This document shows, one piece after another, positions 41,011 to 55,193 of a stretch of DNA of 64,000 nt. The stretch lies in the NCBI RefSeq assembly GCF_006345805.1, contig NC_043003.1, positions 39,308,001 to 39,372,000 of the forward strand, read 5' to 3'. The notes beneath the pieces are model-generated. The model worked only from the letters and a program-made list of their open reading frames with translations. It was not told the origin of the DNA and did not search any database. A program made the position numbers and the translations under genes. The first letter of the stretch is position 1. Every line of letters starts with the position of its first letter. This stretch comes from Octopus sinensis. Taxonomy: Eukaryota.

Positions 41011-41320
41011 ATATATATATATTTATGTGTGTGTGTGTGTGTGTGTGTGTTGTGTATGTGTGTGTGTGTGTATGCATGTATGTATATGTGTGTATGTGTG
41101 TGTGTGTGTGTGTGTGTGTATGTTTGTGTGTCTGTGTTTGTCCCCTACCATCGCTTGACAACCGATGTTGGTGTGTTTAAGTCCCCGTAAGTTAGGGGTT
41201 CAGCAAACGAGACCGATAGAATAAGTACTGGGCTTACAAAGAATACATCCTGGGTTGATTTGTTCGACTAAAGGCGGTGCTCCAGCATGGCCGCAATCAA
41301 ATAATTGAAACAAATAAATA
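40845..41320 (+). mobile_element. Full-length family B (CORE-like) SINE
   Basis: GGGTTCACTTCCACAGCGTGGCACCTTGGGCAAATGTC head and core, internal (AT)(GT) microsatellite, tail GGCGGTGCTCCAGCATGGCCGC. Confidence 0.9.
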
Positions 41321-41429
41321 TATAACAAATATATAAGTATGTATATGTATACATATATATATATATATATATATAGATATATATATATACATGCATACAT
41401 ACATGCATGTGTGTGTGCGCGCGCCAGGA

Positions 41430-41640
41430 AGCATGGCGTAGTGATCGAGAGATCGTGATCTCTTTTTCTAAACCGGGTAGTGTGTTATGTTCTTGAGCAA
41501 AACCACTTAATCTCACGTCACTCTGCGATTACTTCGACACCTGACGTGTGGTACACCGTGCACCTGTTCAGACAACGTCGATTTGATGGAGTGCGTGAGC
41601 TAATGCACGTATATTTGATCATGTAAACAAATCATTTGTG
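41430..41640 (+). mobile_element. tRNA-derived SINE related to family C
   Basis: GAAGCATGGCGTAGTGATCGAGAG...GTTCTTGAGCAAAACCACTTAATCTCACG. Confidence 0.6.
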
Positions 41641-41702
41641 AAAAAGTTCAACACTCATACGTCGTCTTCGACGGGACAGCCCATTATACATACACACATA
41701 CA

Positions 41703-41754
<52 letters not shown>

Positions 41755-41757
<3 letters not shown>

Positions 41758-41930
41758 TTTTATCCGTTTACTTGTTTCAGTAATTTGACTGCGGCCATCC
41801 TGGAGCACCACCTTTAGTCGAGCAAATCGACCCCAGTACTTATTCTTTGTAAGCATAGTGATTATTCTATCGGTCTCTTTTGCCGAACAGCTAAGTTATG
41901 GTTGTCAAGCGATGTTGGATGGACAAACAT

Positions 41931-42006
<76 letters not shown>

Positions 42007-42140
42007 GACGGGCTTTCAGTTTCACAAGGCTTTGGTCGGCCCGAGGCTATAGTAGAAGACACTTGCCCAAGGTATCACGCAGTGGGACTGAATCCGGAAC
42101 CATACGGTTGGTTAGCAAGCTACTTACCACACAGCTACTC
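41755..42140 (-). mobile_element. Full-length family B SINE
   Basis: Tail, internal (AC)(AT) repeat and head all present in reverse orientation. Confidence 0.9.
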
Positions 42141-42329
42141 CTGTGTCTCTCTCTATATAATGATTGAATTATATATAATTGGCACTTATGTTGTTAATCC
42201 TATAATAAATGAAAGGCAAATTCGACGTTGGTGCGATTTGATCTCGGATCGTAGACAAAATACATTCCGAGACAGAATGTAGACAAAACAAAACGTATTA
42301 CGAAACATTGGCTGTGACTGCGTTATTCT

Positions 42330-42510
42330 TTTCTACTCTAGCCACAAGGTACGAAATTTTAGGAGAGGGCGCCAGTCGATTAGACCAGTCGACCCCGAAA
42401 GGATTAAAGGTAAAATCAACTTCGGTGGAATTTGAACTCAGAATGTAAAGACAGACGAAATACCGCTCAGTAGCTCGCCCGGCACGCTAACGTTCTACCA
42501 GCTCGCCACC
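42330..42510 (-). mobile_element. Family A SINE
   Basis: GACCCCGAAAGG...GAATTTGAACTCAGAATG...CCAGCTCGCCACC. Confidence 0.85.
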
Positions 42511-43224
42511 TTTTGTCTGAGTGCGTTATTATAATAACTGATCTTACATTGGTTTTTTGCCAGTAAAAGAAATAATTATTTATTAGTACTGTGTCGAAAA
42601 CCCAGTATTTGGATTCGTGTGTACGACATTCCAGAAATAACATTTTTTAATTCTCTTTAATTCGTTCTCTACGAAGAGAACTAATAAACAAACCAAAGAA
42701 AATTGGTGCAGTGCCAAGTAAAAAAAGAAATCTATCTTGTATCTACAAGCCCACACAAACTACATACACTCATACACATTTATAGTAGTCATGTAGCTTG
42801 CTAGAAAGTTCTAAAAGCAGCGGTAAGAGGAAATAAAACTAAACTGCTCGTGTCTGAAAAACGTAAAATACGATAAATTAGTGTACCGTAAGGGGAGATA
42901 GATTCTGAAGTCTCGGACAAGGCCTCTCTTCAAACAGATGTTTACTTCTTTTACGAATTTCATGTTATGCTTCTGTCTGAGCAGTCCATATACATACATA
43001 CATACATACATACATACATACATACATACATACATACATACATACATGGTGGCTGCCCCCTCGTTATCGAGTATGGTTATTGCACGAAGCTTAATCAATG
43101 TTGTTATCGTGCAATGCCTGTGCAAGAAGATTTTTTTTAAAGTGAAGAAAGACTGTGCACTGAGTCAATCCCACTCACTAAGCAACAGCAGCCATAATCC
43201 GAAAAGAAGAACAAGTCAACATCA

Positions 43225-43500
43225 TCGGTAACCACTGAGCCGCAGGTTTTATGTTGGAGTTATCCCAGTTACCTGAGTTACCTTCTAGAAGGATGCCCTA
43301 ACAAAGGCTAGGAGTCCTTCACTCCCAATGGTTTAACCGCGCGAACAGGTATTCAGTCCGATTATTTCTATGTCCCCGCGCATGATACAACCTTAAGACA
43401 TTTATCGGATGGCCGTTGACTCTCAAGAGTTCCTCCGCCCTTTGACGGGTTTTGTTTTTCATCCCACAGGGTGTCCAATAAACACCCTCCTCACCAATGC
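43225..43500 (-). mobile_element. Probable RTE-type retroelement 5' UTR remnant
   Basis: Reverse complement CCTAGCCTTTGTTAGGGCATCCTTCTAGAAGGTAACTC...AAACCTGCGGCTCAGTGG resembles RTE 5' UTR motifs as I recall them. Confidence 0.4.
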
Positions 43501-44029
43501 ATACATTAATTCATACATACATACATACATACATACATACATACATACATACATACATACATACATACATACATTCATGTATATATAAATACATATAGTG
43601 CATATACACTTGCACACAAAAATGTAAAACGTGTGAAGCTCAGACTTTTGTATATTAAAGGGAAATGCATATTCACGGCAAAAATACAAGTATTTCATAC
43701 ATCCACACATGAAAATATACGCAATTCAACCGATCCAGACGATCACAAACATCTAACACGTTTTAACTTGGCTAATGGCCAGCTTAAATTTTCCAAATGC
43801 AAGTAATTGATTAAGTCTTAAAGAAAACTTACATACACACATACACACACAAGCACACACACACATACGCATATATATTATGTATATATGTATACGTATA
43901 TACTGCGCAAACAGAAGCTGAGTAACGCATGATATATTCTTGGAAGCTGGAACTGCATAGATCATTTCTCCAATTTTCTGATCTTCGGAGTACTATGCAA
44001 AACGTGAAGTGTATTGTAAGATCCGATGA

Positions 44030-45298
44030 CATTGGCTGACCAAAATATCTCATGGAATGTGACCAAATGAGGTTTATTTTTCAAGGCAAATAAGGCTTAT
44101 TTTTCCATTGGTGTTGAAGTATTTGAATCCCAATGGTCAAGAAGCTTTCATCCTATTGGTATTTTTTTAAAAATCACCAACAGCAGACATGACGTCATCA
44201 TCACTGCGATACTGGTTCCTAGCCAAGTGTATATTCATGTTGGGGAACAGATGATAGTCAGATAGGGCCAAATCAGGAGTATAGGGAGAGTGATCAACCA
44301 TTTCAAAGCCGTAATCACGCACAGCAACCATCGAAACTAAGGACTTGTGCACTGGAGTATTGTCCTGATGAAAAACAAGACTCCTTTCGTCAGTTTTCTT
44401 AGGCGTCTGGTCTTGATAGCCTTTCGTAACTGCTTCACTATGTTGGCATAGTACTCTCCATTAATGGTGTGTCCTGTTTGAAGAAAGTCAATAAACTCAA
44501 TGTCTTTCCCATCCAGAGAAACTGAGGCAATCATCTTCCCTGCAGAAGAAACGACCTTGGCCTTCTTCGGAGCAGGTGAGGAGAGGTGTTTCCACAGCAT
44601 GGATTATCTTTTTGTCTCGGGTTCAATGTAATGAACCCAACACTCATCCTGTGTGAAGAAACTTGCAAGGGAACCAGACGGATGTGCCTTAAACAATGTC
44701 TTATTTTCCCGTGGTGTAATCAGCTTGGTGCACTTTTGATAAGGTATCAGAAGACGTGGCACTCATCTGAAAGAAACCTTCGTCATGTCAAGTTCACTGA
44801 GCAGAGTATTCTCAACTATCTCGCGGTATATGCTAATAACATTAGCTATTTAATTTCTAATCAGTCGCCTGCCATACAGAATCTAGTGGTGATCACGATC
44901 AAGGTTTTCCTTGGTGCTGGCAGTTGCAGGACGTCCAAACCTTGGGTCATCTTCAAGACTCTCCCTTTCCCATCTAACTTCAGCTGCCCACTTTTGCACT
45001 GTTGATAAAACTGGAATGCTATCCCATAATGTAACAACCATGTCAGCATGATGTCGTTGAGGGTTAAACCGTCTTTCTGCAGATACTTCATGACAGCACA
45101 ATGTCAATTTTTGTTCATTTACCAAAGAAGCTGCTACTAGTTACATTTGAAGTATTCGTTTGTCTGTCAGATATCAGTTTACCTGAAAACAAGCAATGCA
45201 TTTATTAATAAGAAGTGTTGAAAGTAATGCAAGCAAGATTTCACAGCTCTAGCATCACTCCTTCATAGTCAGCCTATGAACTTTTCAGCTCACCCCAA
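44030..45298 (-). mobile_element. Near-full-length degenerate mariner transposon
   Basis: Disrupted transposase pieces LSTVQKWAAEVRWERESLEDDPRFGRP, TQDECWVHYIEPETK, PKKAKVVSSAGKM...TINGEYY and HSPYTPDLALSDYHLFP; right end ...AACTTTTCAGCTCACCCCAA followed by TA. Confidence 0.95.
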
Positions 45299-45822
45299 TA
45301 AAGTGGCCTAGTGTGTTGTAACTTACTGTGCATGTATGTGTACGTGGTTACTGACGAAATTAATGAAATGAAGAAAGATCGGTTTGGTGCATTTAGAGGT
45401 GGACAGCAGTTGCAAAATTTCCTATGTGGGAGATCTGTGATTTACTTGAAATGAAATCGATAGGAAGGTTCTACAAAATTGATCCTTATGGACAGAAAGG
45501 ACAGTTTGTGATTTGAGAAGGGGAGAAACTTACAAACTGAGCAATGCACACGTGCATATTTTGTTCTTACAAATAATTAATCAATAACAAAAGTAATTAA
45601 TGAACACATCCCTTAATATAGCAATCAAATTGTGTTGCATCTTAGGATATCTTGCACAAGTCAATCAAAAGAAAAGCTCCATGAGCTACACGCAGAGGAA
45701 GATTTGAACCTGATTCTGCAAGTTAAATATTCAACAATGCTTACAATGCTTACACGAAAAAGGTCTCCTACTGTATGGAACCTATATGCAGCTAAGTGGA
45801 TTGAGGAACTGATCATTTAGAA

Positions 45823-46172
45823 CCATGGTTCTCAATCGAGGTTCATATAAGTTTTTTGAGAGTCCACGCAATCAAATTAGTAAACTGGGGATCCACAGTA
45901 GTATTCTAAGGGTCCATGAAAAGTTTTGATATAAATGTATGTATTACAAGAAACAGCTAGGTTCCTTTCTTTAACATTCCTGGGCCGGGTGACGCGATGT
46001 ATTCTTGAGCAAAACACTTCATTTCACACAGTTCAACGTACACAAGGAATTTTCAAACGAGTATATATAAAATTAGTTTTTAAACATCGAGTGTCTATGG
46101 GGGGTGGGGTTCACCAAAACAGAATAGTAAACAATGGGGTCCATAGGTTAAAAAAATGGTTGAAAACCACTG
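45823..46172. mobile_element. hAT-type MITE containing a SINE fragment
   Basis: Ends CCATGGTTCTCAATC and GGTTGAAAACCACTG; flanks match only 5/8. Confidence 0.55.
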
Positions 46173-46254
46173 GTTAAGAGAGTTATACTTGTGGCATTCT
46201 GAGAATCGACTTCTCAAATGGTTATCTGGCACCATCTCTCTCTCTCTTTATGGA

Positions 46255-46490
46255 GAGTGTGGCTTTGTGGTTAACATGTTGAACGTATGATCGTAAGGTT
46301 GTGGTTTCGATTTCTGGGCCAGGCGACGCGTTGTGTTCTTGAGCAAAACACTACATTTTCACGTTGCTCCAGTCCATTCAGCTGGCAAAGATGAGTAACC
46401 CTGCGACGGACCGATGTCCTGTCCAGGTGGAGAATACGCCATTTGAAACCGGGAAACGGCCCTTATGCGTCGACATGACTCGAGATGGTT
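46255..46490 (+). mobile_element. Family C SINE
   Basis: GTGGCTTTGTGGTTAAC...GGTTTCGATTTCTGGGCCAGGCGACGCGTTGTGTTCTTGAGCAAAACAC. Confidence 0.85.
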
Positions 46491-46809
46491 ACCTTTACCT
46501 CCTTCTCTCTCCAGATGATGGGCAACAGTAAATTTAAAACATATGAACTGATCGCACCCAATGCATGCTGAACATAGTGAATGCAAATAGCAAATCATAT
46601 TTTAATGCAATCTTTAATTTTTGTGTTTGTCAGCTAGAAAGAAGGTACATAAGCGCTGCATGTACCCGATTTTAATTACGTCGTCAAGAGTTGCTCATAA
46701 TACAGTCTAACATAGCTGATGATTTTAGTTCAAAGGATTAAGGGAACTGATAAAAAATATGTTGAAGTGTTACCATCATCTAATATTGGCTACTTGTTAG
46801 ATCTCTTTA

Positions 46810-47011
46810 ACTTGTTTCAGTCATTTAACTGCGGCCATGATGGGGCACGGCCTTGAAGACTGTTATTCGAACGAATCGACCCCAGTAATTCTTTTTAAAG
46901 CCTGGTAATTATTCTATAGTTCTCTTTTGCCGAACTGGTAAGTTACGGAGACGTAAACACACTAACACCGGTTGCCAAACGGTGGTAGGAGCAAGCACAC
47001 ACACACACACT

Positions 47012-47050
<39 letters not shown>

Positions 47051-47210
47051 GGGTTTCTTTTAGTTTCCATCTACTAAATCCTCTCACAAGGCTTTGGTAG
47101 GCTCGAGGCTATGATAGAAGGCACTTGACCAAGCTGCAATACAGTGGGACTGAACCTGGAACCATGTGGTTGGGATGCAAACTTCTTATCACCCAGCCAC
47201 GCTTGCGCCT
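46810..47210 (-). mobile_element. Family B SINE
   Basis: Tail and head present, internal (AC)(AT). Confidence 0.85.
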
Positions 47211-47881
47211 ATTGTTTCGAATAGTTTAGTCTCTGTTCGTCGTCAAGCAGATAGTTGTTGTTGTTGTTATTGTTTAATATCGATTCTGATCGAGTAGTGA
47301 TATGATCATGTGTATTCCAGTCCAGACAATGTCGTCTTTTATTAAAGAATAGTGTATATCATGCAACATTATCCAAAGTTAACATCATCTAATGTTGGCT
47401 ACTTTTAGATCTCTTTAACTTGTTGATCCCATTTGTTGGAGGACGTGCAAGCAAATAGAAGTTCCGTTTAAGCTCAATGACTGAAATAAAAGAGAACTGT
47501 CATTATATTAACAGATTTTGCAACGCTTTTATCCACTATGCCAAATGCCGCGTTGTTTCTTATCATTAGAAAACGCTATTTCACAAAAAAATAAATGGAA
47601 TAAAATGATAATGAAATGTCAACAGCTCCAAAAGAACTAATAGCAAGCAACTCATCTCAGTAACCTAGGCATTTTGAAAAATGAGTCATTGAAATCCTGT
47701 TTCACTTCGTAAATGAATGTTAATTGTTTGTTTTAACTAGCCTTTTATACGGTGGCAAGATTTTGAAGAAGCAGAAGAACAATGAAAGCCTGTCTTGATC
47801 TTCCCCTTCTATAATCTGTACAACTATTCATTGTTTATATTTTAAGAAACTCAGAGTAGTCACAAAGTCATTCATCACTGA

Positions 47882-47917
<36 letters not shown>

Positions 47918-49604
47918 TGTATGTATGTATGTATGTATGTATGTGTGTATATATATATATATATGGATGTATGTATGTGTGTATATTTGTATATATATAT
48001 GGATGTATGTATGTGTGTATATATGTATATGTATATAGTATATATATATGTATGTGTATACATACTCATGTATTATATTCTAGTTCTTAAGTTTGTGTTT
48101 ATGCGCATACTTGTGTGTGTGTGAATCTGCTACTAATATCTTAGACTAATTTGGCAATTTAAGCAACCAGCTTTCGTGTGACGTCCCTGAGGCTTCAATA
48201 TTATCACGGTGTTCTTATACTGACATATTCTTTCACTCTGCTCTTCCTTCTCCCTTCTCACTCTTGAAATTACTATCCGTATCTCTATCGCCATGTTTCT
48301 AGCTATCTGTTTGTTTACCTACCCGTTTAGCTAGCTTGATAGCTAGCTAGTTAACTAACTAGCTAAATGTTTATCTATAAAATATTTGCCAAACATATCA
48401 GGAATATATCCTAAGCCTACAAAAAGAACTCAATATCGCTAAGCTGGAGTAGATGGAGGAAACATACATCAGAGATGTTTTGCCTCACACAATATTTACA
48501 CAGGGGATATTGATGCCACAAGCTCTTCTGATGGTGACGAATGTTATCGCAATGCTGGAAGCCATTCTCTATCTTCAGCAGTATCTCAGGGTCACAAGTG
48601 TTTCATCCTTTAGCCTATACATTTCTTCTAAGTGTGCCTACAAAAAGAATCCATTTCTGGTCTCTTGTCAAGCACAACCAGCTCTAGCTGGCCTCACCTT
48701 CTCTGACAATCACCTTGGCGATTTTTTTCCCCAGAAATTAATTATCTACATGAAATAGTGCACTAATCTTGCTGAGAAAACGCGGCAGCCAACTTCAGTA
48801 AGGGATGAGGCTCCGTGGCACCATTTGATAGGGGCCTCATCAACCAAATCCTGATATTTGGTTTTCTTCAGTTCGTGACAAATGTCCTCTTTGCCCTAGA
48901 TTTTAAAGTAATTTGGAATTGGCAACAGGTCAGAAATATCGCACAAGAAAAGGAAAATTTTCCTTGGTCTGTTCTCTAGAGTTCTCTCCAGGTCAGTGGT
49001 TGCTGAGTGCTTGATCCTACTATATCCGTTGTCCGTAGCGGGCGAGCCTTGCTACTTCTTCTGTTACACACACAACACACACCACACACACACACACACA
49101 AACACACACACAGTATACAAATGAGTAAGAAAGGTTCTGCTATTTTATATTTTACCTCTAGTTTGATATTTTCATGTAATCCTATATGTTTCAGATTTAG
49201 AAGACAATCCCAGGAATATGAAATCCTAAATATATTAAATTATGTAATGAATTTATGAGAGTGCTCCTTTCGATTTAGACCTTCTTTTCCTTTTAAGCCA
49301 AGTTAAAAGCAAAGCTTCAATGCTTCAACGTTACACGAATTTACTAAACCGAAAGATAGTTATTTAAGCAATTACGATGCGCAAGCGAAATAGTGTCTCC
49401 TGATACACAACCCTAATATGATCTAGATTTGTTTATGTGGTCTGATGTTGAAAAGGCGACTATATTAATTGAAACTTATTATTTGTATTTAACGACATAA
49501 GGTTAATGTAGAAAATATTCAAAACGAAAGGTTTCTTTTTAAAGGTTTTTGTTTAAAAATTCCATTTTGTTTAACAGGTATGGTTAATGTGTGTGCGCGT
49601 GTGC

Positions 49605-49645
<41 letters not shown>

Positions 49646-49722
49646 TCTGTGTGTGTACGTGTGCGTGTGTGTGTGTTTGTGTGTGTGGTTAGTATAATAC
49701 TCAGTAATAATCTGATATTCGA

Positions 49723-50135
49723 AGGCGGCGAGCTGGCAGAAACGTTACCACGCCGGGCGCAATGTTTAGCGGTATTTCGTCTGCCGTTACGTTCTGAGTT
49801 CAAATTCGCCGAGGTCAAGTTTGCTTTTCATCCTTTCGGAGTCGATAAATTAAGTACCAGTTACGCACTGGGGTCGATATAATCGACTTAATCCGTTTGT
49901 CTGTCCTTGTTTGTCCTCTCTGTGTTTAGTCCCTTTTGGGTAGTAAAGAAATAGGTATTTCGTCTGCCATTACGTTCTGAGTTCAAATTCCGCCGAAGTT
50001 GACTTTGCCTTTCATCCTTTCGGAGTCGATTAAATAAGTACCAGTTACGCACTGGGGTCGATGTAATCGGCTTAGTCCCTTTGCCTGTCCTTGTTTGTCC
50101 CTTCTATGTTTTGCCCCTTGTGGGCAATAAAGAAT
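49723..50135 (+). mobile_element. Family A SINE (two tandem units)
   Basis: Head GGCGGCGAGCTGGCAGAAACG; box B at ~49796 and ~49979. Confidence 0.9.
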
Positions 50136-50478
50136 TATATAATCTGATATTCGTTTAATCGAATCTTATTTATGAGAAACATGATAATTAAACTCATTTA
50201 TTAGATGATGAGTTTAATGCATAGAAATGAATAAATAGAATGGACTGTCTAATAATTGGAATACAGCAAAAACTTAAGTAAAGTTTATTGTTGTCATTCA
50301 ATTGTATGCAATTTGTTTCATTCAAAGTGCCTTGGATCGAAGATGTATTCCAAGTGTCAGCTCCACCTTAAACACCCGCTCGTTTCTAAAATTCAAAGGC
50401 AATAAAGCAACACATGCACAGCAGTAGACCTTTAATATGCATTTTTCACATATACAGATATGTATACAAACATACATA

Positions 50479-50523
<45 letters not shown>

Positions 50524-50524
50524 A

Positions 50525-50828
50525 TATTAGGGAATAAATCCAAACTTACAGGGAAAAATTAGATTTAGAATTAAATCCAATTTTATAGTATATATATTAT
50601 ATTATATAAATTAGAGATAAAACCACTATTAGGCAAATCAAACAGTGAAAAACATAAGCCAATACATAAAATAATTAAAAATATAAAAGTTGAAAATTTA
50701 AAAATTATTTAAATAATTTAAACTTATATAATTTTTTAATTTTTAACTTTTATATTTTAAAATTAATTTATGTATTGGCTTATGTTTTTCACTTTTGATT
50801 TGCCTAATAGTGGTTTTATCTCTAATTT
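50525..50828. mobile_element. PLE-like fold-back fragment
   Basis: Imperfect palindrome 50608-50828; the left arm matches 55488-55550 and 50525-50558 is the reverse complement of 55702-55735. Confidence 0.7.
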
Positions 50829-50834
50829 AATATA

Positions 50835-50866
<32 letters not shown>

Positions 50867-51214
50867 CTTTATTTGTGCATTAAGACTACCATTGCTTTCA
50901 TGTTAGGAAAATATTTTATCAATTTTTCGAGCCGATCACATAGAGAAATTGATGCTAGTCACCATTTCTCTTTGTGATTGGCTTGAAAACTTAAGATATT
51001 TTCTTTACATGAAACCAATGGTAGCCTTAATACACAAATAAAAAATCTTTATCCACAAACACAGTGTTGAGCACTCATTCACATTGTTCGACATTTAGTA
51101 TCTATATCTTGTTGAAGTCATGACTTTATAAACCTTCGATAGAACCTGAATTTTTTTTGTGTGTGTGGGGAGGTATTGGTTTTAGAAGTTCATATAAAGC
51201 TATGAATAATAGGA

Positions 51215-51540
51215 GGAGACGCCCTTTGGTCATGAATGACCATGGATTGCACCTAGAAAGTTACCCTCTGATGAACAAGTCAGGGCAAGATTGTTTGTCG
51301 AAGGCTAGCTGTCGTCCATGCATACCAGCCTCCCCTCTCCACATCATCGATTTTATCCAAGGGAACAGCAAAGGCCGAAACATTTTGGCACAAGTAATTT
51401 TTCCAGCTGAGTTAACTGGAGCAAAGTGAAATAAAGTGTCTTGCTCAAGAACACAACACACAGCCCGGTCCGGGAATCGAATTCACATCCTCACGATTGT
51501 AAGCTCTATGCTCTAACCACTGAGCCATGTGACTTCACAA
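51215..51540 (-). mobile_element. Family C-related SINE
   Basis: GTGTCTTGCTCAAGAACACAAC...CCGGTCCGGGAATCGAA...CTCTAACCACTGAGCCATG. Confidence 0.75.
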
Positions 51541-52242
51541 AGCTATAATAGTAGCATAGAAATATTGGGTGGAAAAATTCCTTCTCGATAGAGTAGGTAG
51601 AAGGCTGCCTGTAAGACTCGAACTCACATCTGTAAAAACAAAGGTTAAACAAAAACAGAATGGATGACTGAATACATTAAACATGTTTCACTTGCGTAGT
51701 TATTTTATTATCACTGCAAAATATATTGCACAGCACGTTACATAATATTGGGTAAAGTCTGATGACGACAGCAAACTGAAACTCGAATTGACTGTCAACC
51801 TTTTCATTGTAAAAGTTAATAAACATGTACTCTACTAAAAAGTACAGGGTAGTCCTTTGGTTTAATATGAAATTGTTTTATACGTAACAAAACAATACGT
51901 TATAGCAATTATTGACTATTTGGAAACATTGTGTAAATAGCCACTGCCTTAAGGCGTTGGGTTCTCATAAAGTTAATTTTTCGCCCTCCCTCCCCCCACT
52001 CTCCCTATCTTTCTCCCTCGCACATACACATACACATACTCACTCACTCTGTCTCCTATTACTTCTCTCTACCTCTCTAACTCCTATTTCGCTCTCATTG
52101 TTATAATTTTCAAAAATGGCATTGCTTCCTTCTGAAAGCTCATAGGAGTTGCTCTCAGCAAAGCAAGCTTTAGAGTCAGTTTTTATCATACCTCTCACTC
52201 GCTCTTGTTCTCCTCCTTGATCGATCCATCAGTCATTCAATG

Positions 52243-52316
<74 letters not shown>

Positions 52317-52412
52317 CTGTCTATCTGTCCTTCGCTTTATCTTTCTATCTTTCCATCTCTTTTTGTTTGCCTAGCTATCTCTCGATCTGTCTGACTGTCT
52401 GTCTCCTGTCTG

Positions 52413-52470
<58 letters not shown>

Positions 52471-52994
52471 CAATCATTACATATATATATATACAATGGA
52501 ATTTCTAGTGCCCTTTATCATTTCTTTCCATTTCTCTTCCGTCAACCATCTTTTGGTATGTTTTGATTTTGATATCATCGTCTGCTGCTTTATCATTTTC
52601 CTTTATTTCTCCAGTTATCTCCTGTTAACTCACTTCTTTCCCGTACAGTCAGTTTCTTTGTAGCTTTTCTTGTCAACCATCTTTCGATATAACTTTTGAT
52701 ATTATCGTCTGCTTTTAACCAAACTTATACATGTATCTCTCTCGATCTTTCCTTCTTTATCACTCTTTTACTCTCTCTCCCTCTTTCTCTCATTCATTGT
52801 CATCCATATGTAGAACATTTTTGAGCTTGTATTCTATTTTCTGTAATATATGTTGCATTTTTAAGGCTGAGAGCTAATAGTTTTTTTAAGCACGCCGGAC
52901 AAAATGCTTAGCAGCATTCCTTCTGGCTTAAAGTTCTGGGTTCAAATGGTGCTGAGGTCGACTTTGCCTTTCAGGCACTGAAGCCGATGAAATC

Positions 52995-53072
<78 letters not shown>

Positions 53073-53339
53073 CTCAAAATTGCTAGTCTTGTACCAAAAT
53101 TAGAAAGAATTATAGTTTGCTCCTTTCACTTGCTCTCTCTACTTCTCTCTCTCATTCCTCCGCGTACTCTCTCTCATACATATATTGTTTCTCTCCGGAT
53201 TTTCTTCCGCAGACAAATTTTTAACGTTTCCTAATATTATTATCTGATAGTTCAACTTTTAATTCCTTTTTATATTCGTCTCCCTGGAATTGTAAGTGAA
53301 GCCCTTATGATAACTGAAAAATGTGTATCAAACATTTTC

Positions 53340-53712
53340 TAAATTCAGATGCACATATCTCGACTCAAACAAAACCTTATTAATCGAAATTAAACACCAT
53401 CAGAATCAACACACTTTTGCCAACGTGAAGCAAGTTTATTTATGCCAGTAGCGTAAAAATCCTGAGTTCTGGTGGCGATGAAGTTGTTGAAAGCGTGTTT
53501 GGCATCGTCTTGGTTTTTGAAGCATTTCTCACGCAGGAAGTTGTCGAAAAGTGATAGTCGGTAGGCGAGAGGTCTGGTGAGTATGGCTGATGAGGCAGAG
53601 TTTCGTAGCCCAATTCGTTCAACTTCTGTAGGGTCAGTTGTGCGACGTGCGGCCGAGCATTGTCGTAGAGAAGAATTGGTCCTTTTCTACTGACCAATGC
53701 TGGCAGTTGCAT
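53340..53712 (-). mobile_element. Mariner 3' fragment
   Basis: [47 protein letters not shown]. Confidence 0.95.
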
Positions 53713-54954
53713 TCAAATAACATCCTGATTTTCGTTCTAAGTAAATGATATAATGGATAATGTGGTCCCATTTCCGACTTCACTAAGAAGATTGGTCTTG
53801 TTCAATGAGGGAGGTGTGATTGCAACATCAACAGCAATAAGAACCGCAAACCCTCGAGAGACTTCAGATAACCCTTCAATGACAGAGACCACACAACATT
53901 TCAACCACAATGTCTTCACAGCACCACCAAAACCATCATGAGAGTACTACAGTCACATCGACAGCATTCCAGGTAACCCGACACTTTAAAGGCTTTACTC
54001 ATCATTGTCTTGTTATAATCAAGCTGTGGGAACAGGAACCAGATCAACCTGGGAATGCAACCTCTGATAGATATATTGCTAACCTGTCGAGTAGGAGAGG
54101 ATATGTACCTCCCATTAGCAACTTATAACTGAAGACGACCATTGCTGCTAAGAAAACATTGAAGACTTAGGAGCCATTAGCAGTATATATACATATTGTT
54201 TGATGATTGTTGAGTATCCCCAGACAGCCTTCCTTCAGCAAGCATATGACTCAAACGTAGCTTCTGATTCAATATTCTAGATATTTCATCGTGTTGTTTG
54301 TATTGTTGTTGAGTAGATTTGAGGAAACGTGTAGACATATAAATAGCTGGCAAAACGTCCTAATATGGTCTACAGACAGTCCAATACAAGACACCTTTAA
54401 CGTTTTTATTAATCAGTTATAAACACATGATTTATGTATGAGTTAACGATTATATACATGCTTATTGTAAACGTGATGTTCTTAGAAATAAGAGAAGTAC
54501 AAGACAGATAAAGCGATTTATTAAAACAAACAATATCCTCTTTTGTTTCTAACAGTGAGGCGGAGCCCTTAAAATCGTAGGTCTGTGCCAACTACTCTTT
54601 CCTGCCAACAGATACAGCAATCTGGATATTTCCATGATGCTGGCGCTGTTGCTTTGTACCCCTGTTGGTCAAGCGACCATATACAAATATTCTCTCTCTC
54701 TCTCTCCCTCTCTCTCCCTCTTTCACTCTCTCTCTATCTATCTCTCTTCCTCTCTCTCTCTCTTTATCTCTCTCTCTCACACACAACGGGTGCAGTGTAT
54801 TTTTTTCACTATTCAATATGATACGGCATACCTGTTTATGTTGGTGGCGAATACAGAAAGACAGACAAAAATGACTATTCTACTGCGCATGCCTGGGGAA
54901 TAATGAGGATATTGGGGTTTCTATGTACGTATGTTTGTATGTATGTATCTATTC

Positions 54955-55159
54955 TTTTATTCTTTTACTTGCTTCAGTTATTTGATTGCGGCCATGCTGG
55001 AGCACCGCCTTTAGTCGAGCAAATCGTCTCCAAGACTTATTCTTTGTAAGCGTAATACTTATTCTATCGGTCTCTTTTGCCGAACCGCTAAGTTATGGGA
55101 ACGTAAACACACCAACATCCTTTTTCAAGCGATGGTGAGGGAACAGACACACAAATACA

Positions 55160-55193
<34 letters not shown>

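Noticed and set aside
43390-43500. Possible HDV-like ribozyme at the RTE-like 5' end
   Set aside because: Several hairpins are present, but I could not assemble the P1/P1.1/P2/P3 nested pseudoknot on either strand.
48835-48875. Minus-strand CUGAAGA followed by an 8 bp hairpin
   Set aside because: Followed by GAUG rather than GAAA, with no stems I or III, so not a hammerhead.
48430-48990. Unique coding-looking stretch including ORF 48453..48758
   Set aside because: No splice signals or recognisable domain; the other strand has several stops. Possibly a decayed transposon, but unassignable.
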